Part shown: positions 1 to 10,833 of the stretch, one piece after another
Layout of the letters: each line of letters opens with the position of its first letter
How positions within the stretch are numbered: position 1 is the first letter of the stretch
Assembly: GCF_006345805.1 (NCBI RefSeq)
Contig: NW_021825274.1
Span: 1-17,470 of the forward strand
DNA from: Octopus sinensis
Lineage: Eukaryota
DNA length: 17,470 nt
Direction: 5' to 3'
Position numbers and translations under genes: made by a program
Notes under the pieces: model-generated
Told to the model about the DNA's origin: nothing
What the model saw: the letters and a program-made list of their open reading frames with translations, nothing else
The model's database searches: none

Positions 1-382
1 CTATAAAGCTGAAGTTGTCTGTGTGTGGCAGGTTTGGTAGCCTTGAACTAATACTATCTCCTTCGAGACCCTGCGGCGCAAGTTGACCAAATTGAGAGTA
101 TTATAGAAGAAGGCTTACTCTTTATTCTGTAGAAGATAAATTAAAATCGGACCATGTAACACAAAAATTATTTACATCAAAAAAGGTGCTTTTTTTCTAT
201 GAAAATCCCTGTTTTTTACGATTTTTGACTGCTGGTGTCCCATTTTCGGTGTATTTCAACTGGAAAAAATGTTCACTTGAAAAGAGAAGAACAAGTCGCA
301 TAATGCAAAACTTTTACTTTTCAAAAATTCCAATTCTAAAGGGTGGTCGAAACAAACCCAAGTAACACTGACTGATATGTAG
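1..382 (+). mobile_element. Degenerate non-autonomous Helitron-like element (5' TC probably just upstream of the window)
   Basis: Opens with ctataaagctgaagttgtctgtgtg, resembling the TCTTTATATATAAAACTGTAGTTGTGTG 5' end of the 12399-12923 element. The internal tgcggcgcaagttgaccaaa matches tgcggtgcagcttaaccaaa in that element. It ends acaaacccaagtaacactgactgatatgtag|t, a decayed form of ACAAACCCGAGCAACGCCGGGCGATACTGCTAG|T. Confidence 0.45.
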
Positions 383-385
<3 letters not shown>

Positions 386-471
<86 letters not shown>

Positions 472-478
472 AAATATG
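386..478. repeat. (TA)n microsatellite
   Basis: Near-perfect TA dinucleotide run. Confidence 0.97.
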
Positions 479-600
479 TAGATGTGTGTATGAATACATT
501 TCAATGTCTCTCTGTGTATATGCATGTTGTTTAACTTTTTTAGACACACACAACATTCAAATTTATATATATGCATAGATATATACATACATAATATATA

Positions 601-882
601 TCTATATATATAAACTGAGAATGCGTGTCTGTTTGTCTGTATGAATCCCTAAAACTTGAGAACTACACAACCAATTACATTCAAATTTTACACATGCCTT
701 ATTTAGGGTCCATGGGCTTAGGGATGACTGCTTACCGCCACCAGCGACCCATCCGCTCCACTCCACTCACTCCACCTATGCAATAGCGTTTTAGGCAACG
801 AAAACATGAAATAGGATTACATCGAAAACGAAATTGTTTTGCGAACACGAAAGCAACATATGTAAAAACAAGACAGGCAACA
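601..882 (+). mobile_element. 5' portion of a non-autonomous Helitron-like element (family shared with 5191); 3' extent uncertain, possibly beyond 2067
   Basis: Starts A|TCTATATATATAAACTGAGAATG (TC terminus after A). 601-716 aligns closely with 5191-5336. A 27-bp block (2041-2067 = 5539-5565) suggests both copies continue further. Confidence 0.55.
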
Positions 883-923
883 CAAAAGTATGGGTGTGAT
901 GCATGTGTATATATAATATATAT

Positions 924-992
<69 letters not shown>

Positions 993-1061
993 ATGTGCGT
1001 GTATATGTATATATGTGTATATGCATATATGTATATGCGTATATATGAGTATGTGTATATA

Positions 1062-1110
<49 letters not shown>

Positions 1111-1460
1111 GTGTATGTGTGTGTATGTGTATGTGTGTGTATGTATGTGTGTATATGTATGTGCATGTATGTATGTGTATGTATGTGTATGTATGTTTAT
1201 GTATATATGTATGTTTATGTATGCATGTTTATGTATGTATGTATATATATGTATGTATATGTATGTATGTATATGTATGTATGTGTATGTATGTATGTAT
1301 GTAGGAATATGTATGTTTGTGTATGTATATATATGTATGCATGTATGTACAATCTCACGTACATATATGCAACAGCGTGTTAGGCAACGAAAACATGAAA
1401 TACGAAAACATCGAAGACGAACTTATTTTGCGAACAACGAAAGAAACAAGACAGGCAACA
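778..1460 (+). repeat. Diverged ~100-bp direct repeat pair (778-882 and 1367-1460) flanking a microsatellite block
   Basis: atgcaa.agcgt.ttaggcaacgaaaacatgaaata...ttttgcgaaca...aaacaagacaggcaaca is present twice with substitutions and an indel. Confidence 0.85.
906..1352. repeat. Compound microsatellite (TA)n-(TG)n-(TATGTG/TATG)n
   Basis: Directly visible simple repeats; they explain the YIYI/VCVC/HTHT ORFs. Confidence 0.97.
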
Positions 1461-1575
1461 TGAGAACAGCTATCCGTTATCGGCTGGTTTATCCACTCCG
1501 CTTTTCGACAAATGCGTCTACGTCTCAACCTGTTGATACGTTTCGGTAAAATAATTAGAGATTTTTGATTTATTC

Positions 1576-2023
<448 letters not shown>

Positions 2024-2175
2024 GAATTTATATTTATATATATAGATATAAAGTATTAATAGAAAGAGGTATATAAAAACCGGAATATAAGATACTGTCT
2101 TAGGCATAAAATATGAGAAAAGATGAGATATTAAAGTGTTATATTCTTGAAACTACTAGAATGGAACTTGTATGT

Positions 2176-2179
2176 ATGA

Positions 2180-2227
<48 letters not shown>

Positions 2228-2316
2228 ATATATATATGTATGTATAATATATATATGTATATATATATATATATATATAAACATACATTATAATAATATA
2301 TATATATATATATATA

Positions 2317-2371
<55 letters not shown>

Positions 2372-2394
2372 ATATAATATATATTATATATATA

Positions 2395-2431
<37 letters not shown>
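2176..2431. repeat. Long imperfect (TA)n microsatellite
   Basis: Directly visible. Confidence 0.97.
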
Positions 2432-2433
<2 letters not shown>

Positions 2434-2796
2434 ATACGAGAATTTTAATAGAGATAAAGCTTCAGTATATATACAGCTGTTGTTTCGCCCGTATATTAGC
2501 TAAAGATAATAAATTTGATATCCGAGAAAAATTTCAGATATTTGTCTTAAAGTATTCAGAAAAGCAAATTAAGATTCAGATGTAAGACTGAGGTATTATT
2601 CCATTCGAATATCCACCCTATTTATATTAAGAGTCTGATGATAAGAATATAGAAATATATACCTGAAATATATAAAATATATAAAGGCAAATTCAAAGAA
2701 GCAATTGAGAGTATTATTCCATACCTGCAGCTGTGTCAGAAAAACTTTAACGGATTGTCGGGGTTCCTTTCTCCAGCAAGACGGCATAACATGTGA

Positions 2797-5183
2797 TTTT
2801 TTTTATTACCCACAAGGGGCGAACAAAGAGGGGACAACACAATCTGATTTGGGGTCAGACTTACGTATGATAAATTACACAAAAATGAAATTTAAAAATT
2901 TACACAAAATGACAATATATATTAAAAACGAAAAATTCGAATGATGGAACAGACCGGAAGACATTACCGATTGGGTGGGGGCGGGTTTAGCTCGGACCCC
3001 ACGAGCCCCGCCTCGCCACTGATACTTGGGTTTCATCCTGTTTTACATTTATGAGGTACCATCCATACGCAACATCCGTGCTACATTCTTCCATCGTTTT
3101 TCAAACACTTTCTCAGTCAGGCATTTTCTCTCCAGCCCTATTTTCCTTTTCAGGTGGAAGATGAAGTAATCCATCAGTCCAGGGCCAGAGATGAAATTGC
3201 CTGACTCTATACCTTTCAGCCTCGTCTTCCAAATCACCTCTCTCGCAATTGCAACTACAACCAAAAAACAATTATTACCTTCTTTCGAGAGGAAATCCGG
3301 TGGGTCAATTTTTACAATAGACTCAGTCGACAGCTGTACTTTTCGTGTGTTTGACAACAGTTGTTCGGCATAAACCCACAACTCTGACACCTCCGGACAT
3401 TGAACAATAGCATGCGGGACGGTTTCCCTATCCCGCTCGCATCTTGGACATGTCGGACTTGCCTCGGTCACCATGCCTTGCGAGTTTGTCCCGAACAGGT
3501 AGAGCTCCTCTGTAACACTGCCATGCCAGAGACTTCTGAAAGTTGTCCAGGGTCTTCGGCCCGAATGTACGTCGGAACAGACTGGCCAGCTGATTATCAT
3601 CGAGACCTAGAGCTTCCCCTAAAGTATCGTCACATTCCGCCTCTACCAGCCCTCTATAAAAGAATGTGGTGGAACCCCCACCGCAGGCGTTGCCCGAGCG
3701 ACGGAATAGCAGGAGAGCCTTGCGACACCCCGTATACCATGTGCCCAGTTTCGATCTTCGATTCAACCAGGTTTCCCATCCACTGAAACTAGTGAACTTG
3801 GGAAACATCAGTTTTACCAGCGGAGACCACACTCGTTCACCATCCAGGTAGAGCCACAGATGCCTCAATCTCAGCGCATGTCTGTGCATCAACAGCCAAG
3901 GCATCCCTAGCCCACCCTTTAACGGTTGTTGACAGCAAGTAGAGCGTTTCACAAGCGGTTTCCAGCCCCTCCACAAAAAGTGAAAGAGCTGTCTTTCCAG
4001 CTTGATCAACTACGAATCAGGGCAAGGAACGACGGATAGGCGGTAGGTGATGACCGATGCGATGAACACATTGGCAACCTCCGCCCTCCCTGGCTCAATT
4101 TGCGCAGCAATGGCTCAAGAGCCATTACATACAAAAGCGGGGAGAGGGGATATCCTTGACGAACCGAGTGCTTGAAGCTGAGCGGTTTAGATAAAAAGCC
4201 GTTCACTCGAACTACCGAGTCGGTGTTGTTATAAATTTCAATGATCCACCTGAGGAAGCTAATACCCAGGCCGAACTGTGCCAGAACGGACAGCAGGTAA
4301 TGATTGTCTACCCTATCAAAAGCCTTTGATTGGTCTAAATCAACCACTGTCCCTCCCTTGCAAGAATCATTATGAAACCCTTTTACAGTGTACTGTAGAA
4401 CATGAAGATTATCCTGAATGGTTTTACCGGGAAACGGTACATGCCTATGCTTTCCCGATCAAGCCATCCGCTACACGCGCCAATCTTTTCGAGTACACTT
4501 TGGCCAAAATCTTCAACTCTGTGTTTAGCAGAGTGATGGGCCGAAAATTATCAATGCAGTCCCCCGTTGTTCGGGTCCTTTCTGATAACCATCACCACTT
4601 CCCGGCGCACAGATCTGGGAATGAACCCATTCTGCTGCCAGTTCGCGTAGACATTCGCCAGCAGGTGCCCGAACAAGTCTGGCATACTCTTATACAGTTC
4701 ATAGTGTAGATCATCCAGTCCCGGTGCTTTACCCGCGTCGCGGTGCACCATAGCCTCAATTACCTCCTCAGGCGTGATCGGCCCTTCACAACACTCCGTG
4801 TCAAGCTCCGAGAGGCGCGGCAGCCCGGCGAGGAAATTCGTTAGCTCCCTCTTACTGTCCGGTCCGCTTCCCCTACCCCAAAAAGCTGGGCGAAGTGCTC
4901 CTGAAAGAATTCACGCATCTCCTCGGGCTCGTTTATCAACTTATCTCTTTGGTTCATCAAAGATCGAATTGTGCCATCGTTTCCACGCTGGGCTTTCACC
5001 ACTCGGGCCCATCCTGCTGCCTTGATTCCTTCACAACCAATGTACGAATCCTGGCTCCAACAATGCAACCCATATATTGGGCTTCGAGATGCTGGTTTAA
5101 TGCCAGTCTCTTAGCCGTCACCTGAGCTACAGAGCCAGATCCCATTGCTTCCTCCAAGTCCTTAGCTAATGCTAACCCCTTCC
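2797..5183 (-). mobile_element. 5'-truncated L1-clade (Tx1-like) non-LTR retrotransposon, with 3' UTR and short poly(A)
   Basis: Minus-strand ORF2 fragments, followed after the stop at 3049 by a T-rich ~250-bp 3' UTR ending GCCCCTTGTGGGTAATAAAAAAAA (poly-T at 2797-2804 on +). The 5' side stops just before the Helitron-like TC end at 5191. Confidence 0.88.
3049..5183 (-). pseudogene. Frameshifted ORF2 (linker, reverse transcriptase, thumb, C-terminal CCHC zinc knuckle) of an L1/Tx1-like LINE
   Basis: Motifs GKAPGLD.L.YE.Y (4551-4751), DLDQSKAFDRV and VRQGYPLSPLLY..ALEPL (4006-4347), FLWRG and WQCYRGALPVRDKL (3428-4009), CPRC-x8-H-x4-C (3049-3600). Multiple frameshifts and stops; the YADD region is absent. 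Confidence 0.92.
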
Positions 5184-5190
5184 TAGTATA

Positions 5191-5454
5191 TCTATATATA
5201 TAAAACTGAGAATGTGTGTGTGTGTGTGAGTGCTTGTCTGTCTGTCTTTCTGTCTGTCTGTGTGAATCCTTAAAACTTGAGAACTACACAACCAATTTCA
5301 TTCAAATATAACACATACCTTACTTAGTGTCATGGGTAAAAAAAATGTTCAACTTCTTGCCTAGGGCGGGCCCACAGCAATATCATATCTTCCCCACTGT
5401 TTCAGTATTACGTGTTAAAAGTGAAATAAAACATCTCTCTATTGTATGTATATG

Positions 5455-5505
<51 letters not shown>

Positions 5506-5565
5506 TATATATATATTTATTAGATATAAAGTATATATTATAGATATAAAGTATTAATAGAAAGA
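5191..5565 (+). mobile_element. 5' portion of a non-autonomous Helitron-like element (same family as 601)
   Basis: A|TCTATATATATAAAACTGAGAATG start; aligns to 601-716; shares the block 5539-5565 with 2041-2067; contains (TA)n at about 5459-5517. Confidence 0.55.
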
Positions 5566-5583
5566 AGCACTCCATACAGGCAC

Positions 5584-5917
5584 ATGTATACACACGCAGC
5601 ACCATGTCAAATGCCATCCACACTCATGCATGCGTACACACGCACGCACACGCGCGCACACACACGCACACACACGCATACACAACACCATGACAACCAC
5701 ACACACTTGACAAACAGACGCCATCTGACCAAATACTACAGACACACAGACACATCTATTCACACCACATGTATGTGTATGCACGCACACATACACACAG
5801 AGACACACATATTCACCTCATCCTAACCCCAAAATCATTGATGCCGCCCACTCAGTTGTATCTATCAATTTATCTTTGTGTGTGTGTATAAAATACATAC
5901 ATAATTACATACTACAT

Positions 5918-5964
<47 letters not shown>
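5584..5964. repeat. (CA)-rich low-complexity tract followed by (TA)n
   Basis: Degenerate CA/CG repeats at 5584-5815 and a TA run at about 5924-5964. Confidence 0.85.
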
Positions 5965-5966
<2 letters not shown>

Positions 5967-5977
5967 ATTTCGTAGAT

Positions 5978-6036
5978 AGGAACTGAAACAAATCAATCGT
6001 ATATATATGTAGTATATATGTAAGCGTATGTGTTTT
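5978..6036 (+). repeat. Left copy of a ~55-60-bp direct repeat flanking the RTE element (right copy 8695-8758)
   Basis: aggaactg[a/t]aacaaatcaatcgtatatata...tatatatgtaag[c/t]gtatgtg occurs immediately at both ends of the RTE homology. Confidence 0.8.
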
Positions 6037-8639
6037 GGTATTGGCAACATGAATGACAATGGTCAGAGACTACTTGAATTTTGCAGATACCATAACCTGT
6101 GCATCACCGACACATTCTTTGCCAACAAGACATCCCACAAGTCATCTTGGAGATATCCAAGATCTCATCACTGGCATCAGCTGGGTCTCATCATTACACG
6201 AAGATCCTTTCTGAATTCTGTTCAACTGACCCGTAGTTACCACAGTGTGGATTGTAACATACATCATTCACTAATATGAAGCAGGGTGAGGATTCTGCCT
6301 AAGAAAGTTCATCACTCCAAGAAAATGGGCCGACCACGCATTAACACTGCCAGAACTTCGGACCCTACACTGCGAAAATGTTTTACTATTTCTATTAAGG
6401 TTGCCCTCAGTAGCTGCCCAAACTCCTCTGCTGAAAGTAGGTGGAATTATATCAGGGAAGCTTTGTATACCACATCAATAGATATTTTCGGCATGAGAGA
6501 AAGGCAAGTGCTGGGCTCTCAGAGCTGGAAACAGTTATCGAAACAACGCGTGCAGCTCTGATACAAGAATGATTCTTCTACAAAGTCACTCGAAGAACTC
6601 AGAAAGGCAAGAAATGAAACCCAACTGACTGCCAGGCGCTGTGCAAATAGGTATTGGCAGGAAATCTGTCAGAGTATCCAGTCAGCTGCTGAGAGCGGCG
6701 ACACCCATGGGATGTAAGCCGGTTTGAAGGCCCTCGGTCCATCCGCAACCAAGTCAGCCCCTCTCAAATCCACTACTGGAGATCTCATCAAGGACCAAAG
6801 CAAGCAAATGGATAGATGGGTGGAGTACTACCCGGATCGCTACTCACGGGAGACCACGGTAGCTGAGGCTGCAATCGAGGCTGTCAAGATCTTGCCAGTC
6901 ATGTGTGAACTTGATAGTCTGCCATCTATAGCAGAGCTCACCAATGCTCTTGACTCCCTATCAAGTAACAAGGCTCCGGGAAAAGACGTCATCCCCCAAG
7001 AGATCATCAAAACCGGCAAAAACACTATCCTGCTTCGGACCTGCATGAGCTTCTGTGTCAGTGCTGGGGAGAGGGTACAGTCCCTCAGGATATGCGGGAT
7101 GCTGACATCATTACGCTTTACAAAAACAAAGGTGACCGTGGTGATTGTAACAATTACCGTGGAATATCTCTTCTAAGCACTGTTGGAAAGGCCTCTGCTC
7201 GCGTTATCCTGTCCAGGCTGCAACTGCTTGCTTCTCGAATTTATCCAGAATCGCAGTGTGGCTTTAGAAGAAGCAGATCAACTATTGACATGATATTCTC
7301 CATACACCAACTTCAGGAGAAGTCCAGAGAGCAGAACATGCCATTATATATGGCTTTCATTGATCTGACAAAGGTCTTTGACTTGGTAAGTAGAAAAGGC
7401 CTCTTCATCCTGCTCCAAAAAATCGGATGTCCACCAAAGCTGCTGAGGATCATCAAATCTTTCCATGATGATATGCAAGGCACCATACAGCACAATGGTT
7501 TAAAATCAGCCGCCTTCCAAATAACGGCGCAAAGCAAGGTTGTGCCATGTTCCTACATTATTTGGCATCTTCTTCTCGCTGCTGCTGTCACATGCCTTTG
7601 AGACCTCAGATGATGGAGTGTTTCTGCACAGTAGAAGTGATGGGAAACTGTTCAATCTCTCGTGTCTGCGTGTCAAGACCAAAATCAGAAGCGTCCGGAT
7701 CAAGGACGTGCTATTTGCTAATGATGCCGCTCTGGTATCACACACAGAAGAAGCCCTACAGAGGCTCATCGACTGTTTTGAGCAAAGCATGTAGCGACTT
7801 TGGCTTAGTTATCAGCCTCAAGTAGACCAACATCATGGGTCAGGCTACATCGGACATCCCAAACATACATATTGGAGACCACAGACTACAGGAGGTGGAG
7901 AAGTTTACCTATCTTAGCTCTACCGTCACCTACAACCTATCCCTTGATGCTGAGCTCAATATACGCATTGGCAAGGCAGCTGCTGTGATGGTCCAACTCT
8001 CCAAACGGGCATGGGACAACAATAAGCTGATCAAGACCACAAAAATGAAGATTTACCAGGCATGTGTACTTAGCACTCTACTGTATGGAAGTGAGACTTG
8101 GACGCCATACACACGCCAAGAGCGTCGCCTAAATAACTTTCACCTGCGCTGCCTCCGGAAAATCCTTCGCATCAAATGGCAGAATCATGTCCCCAACAAA
8201 GATGTCCTCAAGCAAGCAGGAATACCAAGCATTTTTGCACTCCTCACCCAAAGACGTATGAGATGGCTTGGACATGTTAGCCGTATGGAAGATGGCAGAA
8301 TCCCCAAGGACATACTCTACGGAGAGCTTGCTAGGGGCACTAGGTCTGTGGGAAGACCGTTCTTACGATACAAGGATGTTTGCAAAAGGATTATAAATGC
8401 CAACTGGGAAGCAGTTGCCAGCAACCGTGGAGATTGGCGACGTACCGTAAAAGAGGGAACACAAATAGTGACATAGAGAGAGAGAGGAGAAATGGAAAGA
8501 CAAGAAAATACGTCAACAAGAAAGTATGATATTACAACCAGCCAGGCAAAGTCTTCGCTACATTTGCGGCACCTGTCAGAGGGAGTGTTTGTCCAGGATA
8601 GGACTACACAGCCACAGCAGGAGATGTATTAGGACATGA
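6028..8639 (+). pseudogene. Disrupted APE endonuclease-reverse transcriptase ORF of an RTE-clade LINE
   Basis: APE C-terminal half FGIGNMNDNGQRLLEFC...WHQLGLII...SVDCNIHHSL (6028-6279). RT motifs NKAPGKD, KNKGDRGDCNNYRGISLLS, PESQCGFR, FIDLTKVFD, LFAND (catalytic D>N, 7714-7725). C-terminal STLLYGSETW, WLGHV.RM.D.RIPK..LYGEL and a YICGTCQRECLSRIGLHSHSRRC zinc finger (8559-8627). Many stops and frameshifts. Confidence 0.93.
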
Positions 8640-8697
8640 AATGTGAAAGCCGGACTAGATTATTTTATGCGCAACTCCATTGTCTCCCGTTGACAGG
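6028..8697 (+). mobile_element. 5'-truncated RTE-clade non-LTR retrotransposon
   Basis: Protein motifs as in the next feature. The short 3' end ccattgtctcccgttgacagg resembles RTE-type 3' termini, and direct repeats flank the element. Confidence 0.92.
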
Positions 8698-8880
8698 AAC
8701 TGTAACAAATCAATCGTATATATATATATGTATATATGTAAGTGTATGTGTGTGTTTTTGTCTCTGTGTTTCGTCCTCATCACTGCTTCACTGTTCATTT
8801 ACTTACATCCACTTAACTTACTGGTTTCACAAGAACAAACTAATAGAATAAGTACCAGGCTTATCAACATAAAAAAGCAC
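8695..8880 (+). mobile_element. Old, degenerate fragment of SINE family A (internal and 3' part), apparently the RTE insertion target
   Basis: ggaactgtaac...cgtatatatat...gtgtttttgtctctgtgttt...taatagaataagtaccaggctt aligns loosely to family A (ggaagctgaaagaagcctgtcgtatat...gatagaataagtactgggctt). The left part at about 5965-6030 has ggatttcgtagataggaactgaa. Confidence 0.5.
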
Positions 8881-8956
8881 TAGGCTGTGTCTCATATGCT
8901 TTGTCCAATCAGTTGTATCTATCAATTTATCATTGTATGTGTGTCTGTGTGTGTGT

Positions 8957-9082
<126 letters not shown>

Positions 9083-9764
9083 GATTCAGTTGCAAAGTGT
9101 TGAATAAAGTTATTTGATTGCAGAGCTCCTTTAAGTCTTTTTATTATCACTCGGTCACACATAGTCCCCAGATGGTAACATTGATTTCAAGGCTTTCCCA
9201 GATGAGTGACTCGTTATTCAAAGACATTTATAGATTGTAAATTTATTCTGACCAGTTACATATCAGTATAGTGGTCATTTGCAAACTCCAACTTTCATTT
9301 CTCCTTAACCCTCACGTCACACAGTTGTTAATGTTTATTTCAGTTGGGTCACGCCCTTCCAATTGCTATAGATATGTAATGCATCTTACGGCTGTGCCTG
9401 TCATCTGGATGGTGAGGAATCCTACATTGGGAGTGATAACGTCTAGGGTAGGGTAACTGACTGCTTATTGTGATCCTTCGTCTTTTGGTTTCCTGTAGCC
9501 TTGCTCTCTTTTACAAACCCAGTGAACATATATTTCCTATTTCAAAGAAATTCAAACAATAGATATAAGACCCAAGTTGAAAAGATTCTCAACAATTCAA
9601 CTTCTCTGGTTGACATTAAGATGCCCATCCCCAATAGGAGCCTTAACTCACATTTTAGAGCTCTATGACCTTCATTTTTCAGGAGCAAAATCTTTTTAAC
9701 AGGTTCAATAAAACTGGTATTTTGGAATGTGCGCATAAAAATCAGTAGTATGGGATATATGTAG

Positions 9765-9928
9765 CACGATTGCAATTTAGTTTGGGTGTGTAAAGAGGGA
9801 AATAACCCTCATCTGCAATTTTGATGAAATTCGAAACATAGATATTCCAGTTCATTACAGAAAATATAACAGAAAAGTGTAATTCTTCAATTGTATGTAA
9901 CACGGGCAACGCCGGGTATCTCTGCTAC
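9765..9928 (+). mobile_element. 3' end of a Helitron-like element (left boundary uncertain)
   Basis: GC-rich subterminal hairpin cacgggcaacgccggg (9901-9916) followed by tatctctgCTAC|T, one change from the canonical CTAG|T. Confidence 0.55.
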
Positions 9929-10603
9929 TCAAAGTTAAATGTAAAAGGAATGTACAAAACGAATATATAAAGGAACATGCAAAATGCTTTTTTCTATTTT
10001 TTTTTTGTTTAAAAGAAAAGTTTTATGCATTATCTGGTGATAAGGTTATATACTATTAAAATGAATAGGGAAATACATAGTAAGTTTAGAACAAGATTTA
10101 ATAAAATGCCTCGTTTTTTCCCGCAGGAAATAAAAAACCCCAACATGAAAAACAGGGAATGAATTCACTCTAATTCCATTCAGTGATAGAAGTCATTTGA
10201 AAGACCAGAGTTATATAATCGTTGTATACCACGATTAGGTTTCGTCACGTAAACCTTTACAAAGAAAAGACGATCAAGAAAGTAATATACACAATTACAT
10301 GGAACCATTCAGTTGTAAATTAGAAAATGTAGTTTGTGGGGATTGATATTGATTGAGAATCTGAATGAGCAGGGGACATGAAAGGGGACCAGAAAAAACT
10401 GTTAATAGGTCGGTGGTTCGTTTCGCTTCTCGTCATCACCATTTGCATAGTGTTTATAGTCGATATATTTCGTTTTCCGTGGCGGTGGTCATTAAGATCT
10501 GTATGAGTATTTCACGGTAAAGTAGTTCATTGCTTTAAACTGTAAGCATCAATCGTAGAGTAAAATTGATACAAGTTTCGTTCGCTGGTAGTGCTGATTT
10601 CAA

Positions 10604-10833
10604 GGCGGCGAGCTGGCAGAAACGTTAGCACGCCGGGCGAAATGCTTAGCGGTATTTCGTCTGCGTTACGTTGTGAGTTCAAATTCCGCCGAGGTCTACT
10701 TTGCCTTTCATCCTTTCGGGGTCGATAAATTAAGTACCAGTTACGCACTAGGGTCGATGTAATCGACTTAATACCTATGTCTGTCCTTGTTTGTCCCCTC
10801 TGTGTTTAGCCCCTTGTGGGTCATAAAGAAATA
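10604..10833 (+). mobile_element. Full-length tRNA-derived SINE, family B, with a perfect 17-bp target-site duplication
   Basis: A-box-like TGGCAGAAACG, B-box-like GAGTTCAAATTCC, central GCCTTTCATCCTTTCGGGGTCGATAAATTAAGTACCAG, tail GCCCCTTGTGGGTCATAAAGAAATA. TSD ggtagtgctgatttcaa at 10587-10603 and 10834-10850. Confidence 0.93.

Noticed and set aside
2593-2722. CTGATGA...GAAA hammerhead-like spacing at about 2634-2675, between 12-bp direct repeats (gtattattccat at 2593 and 2711)
   Set aside because: Stem I cannot form, stem II is poor, and a 12-bp AT-rich repeat is expected by chance in a window this size. At best a heavily decayed relic.
4278-5125. Plus-strand ORFs (143, 83 and 76 aa) over the LINE
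   Set aside because: They are antisense shadows of the minus-strand L1/Tx1 ORF2 with no recognisable motifs.
9120-9775. Non-repetitive-looking segment with short ORFs (9271-9456 plus, 9542-9775 minus)
   Set aside because: No recognisable protein motif or supportable exon structure. It may be an old repeat or a host exon, which cannot be decided without a search or RNA-seq.
10441-10448. Octamer ATTTGCAT (also ATGCAAAT near 12179 and 13624)
   Set aside because: No adjacent snRNA gene or promoter context; an 8-mer like this is expected by chance in AT-rich DNA.
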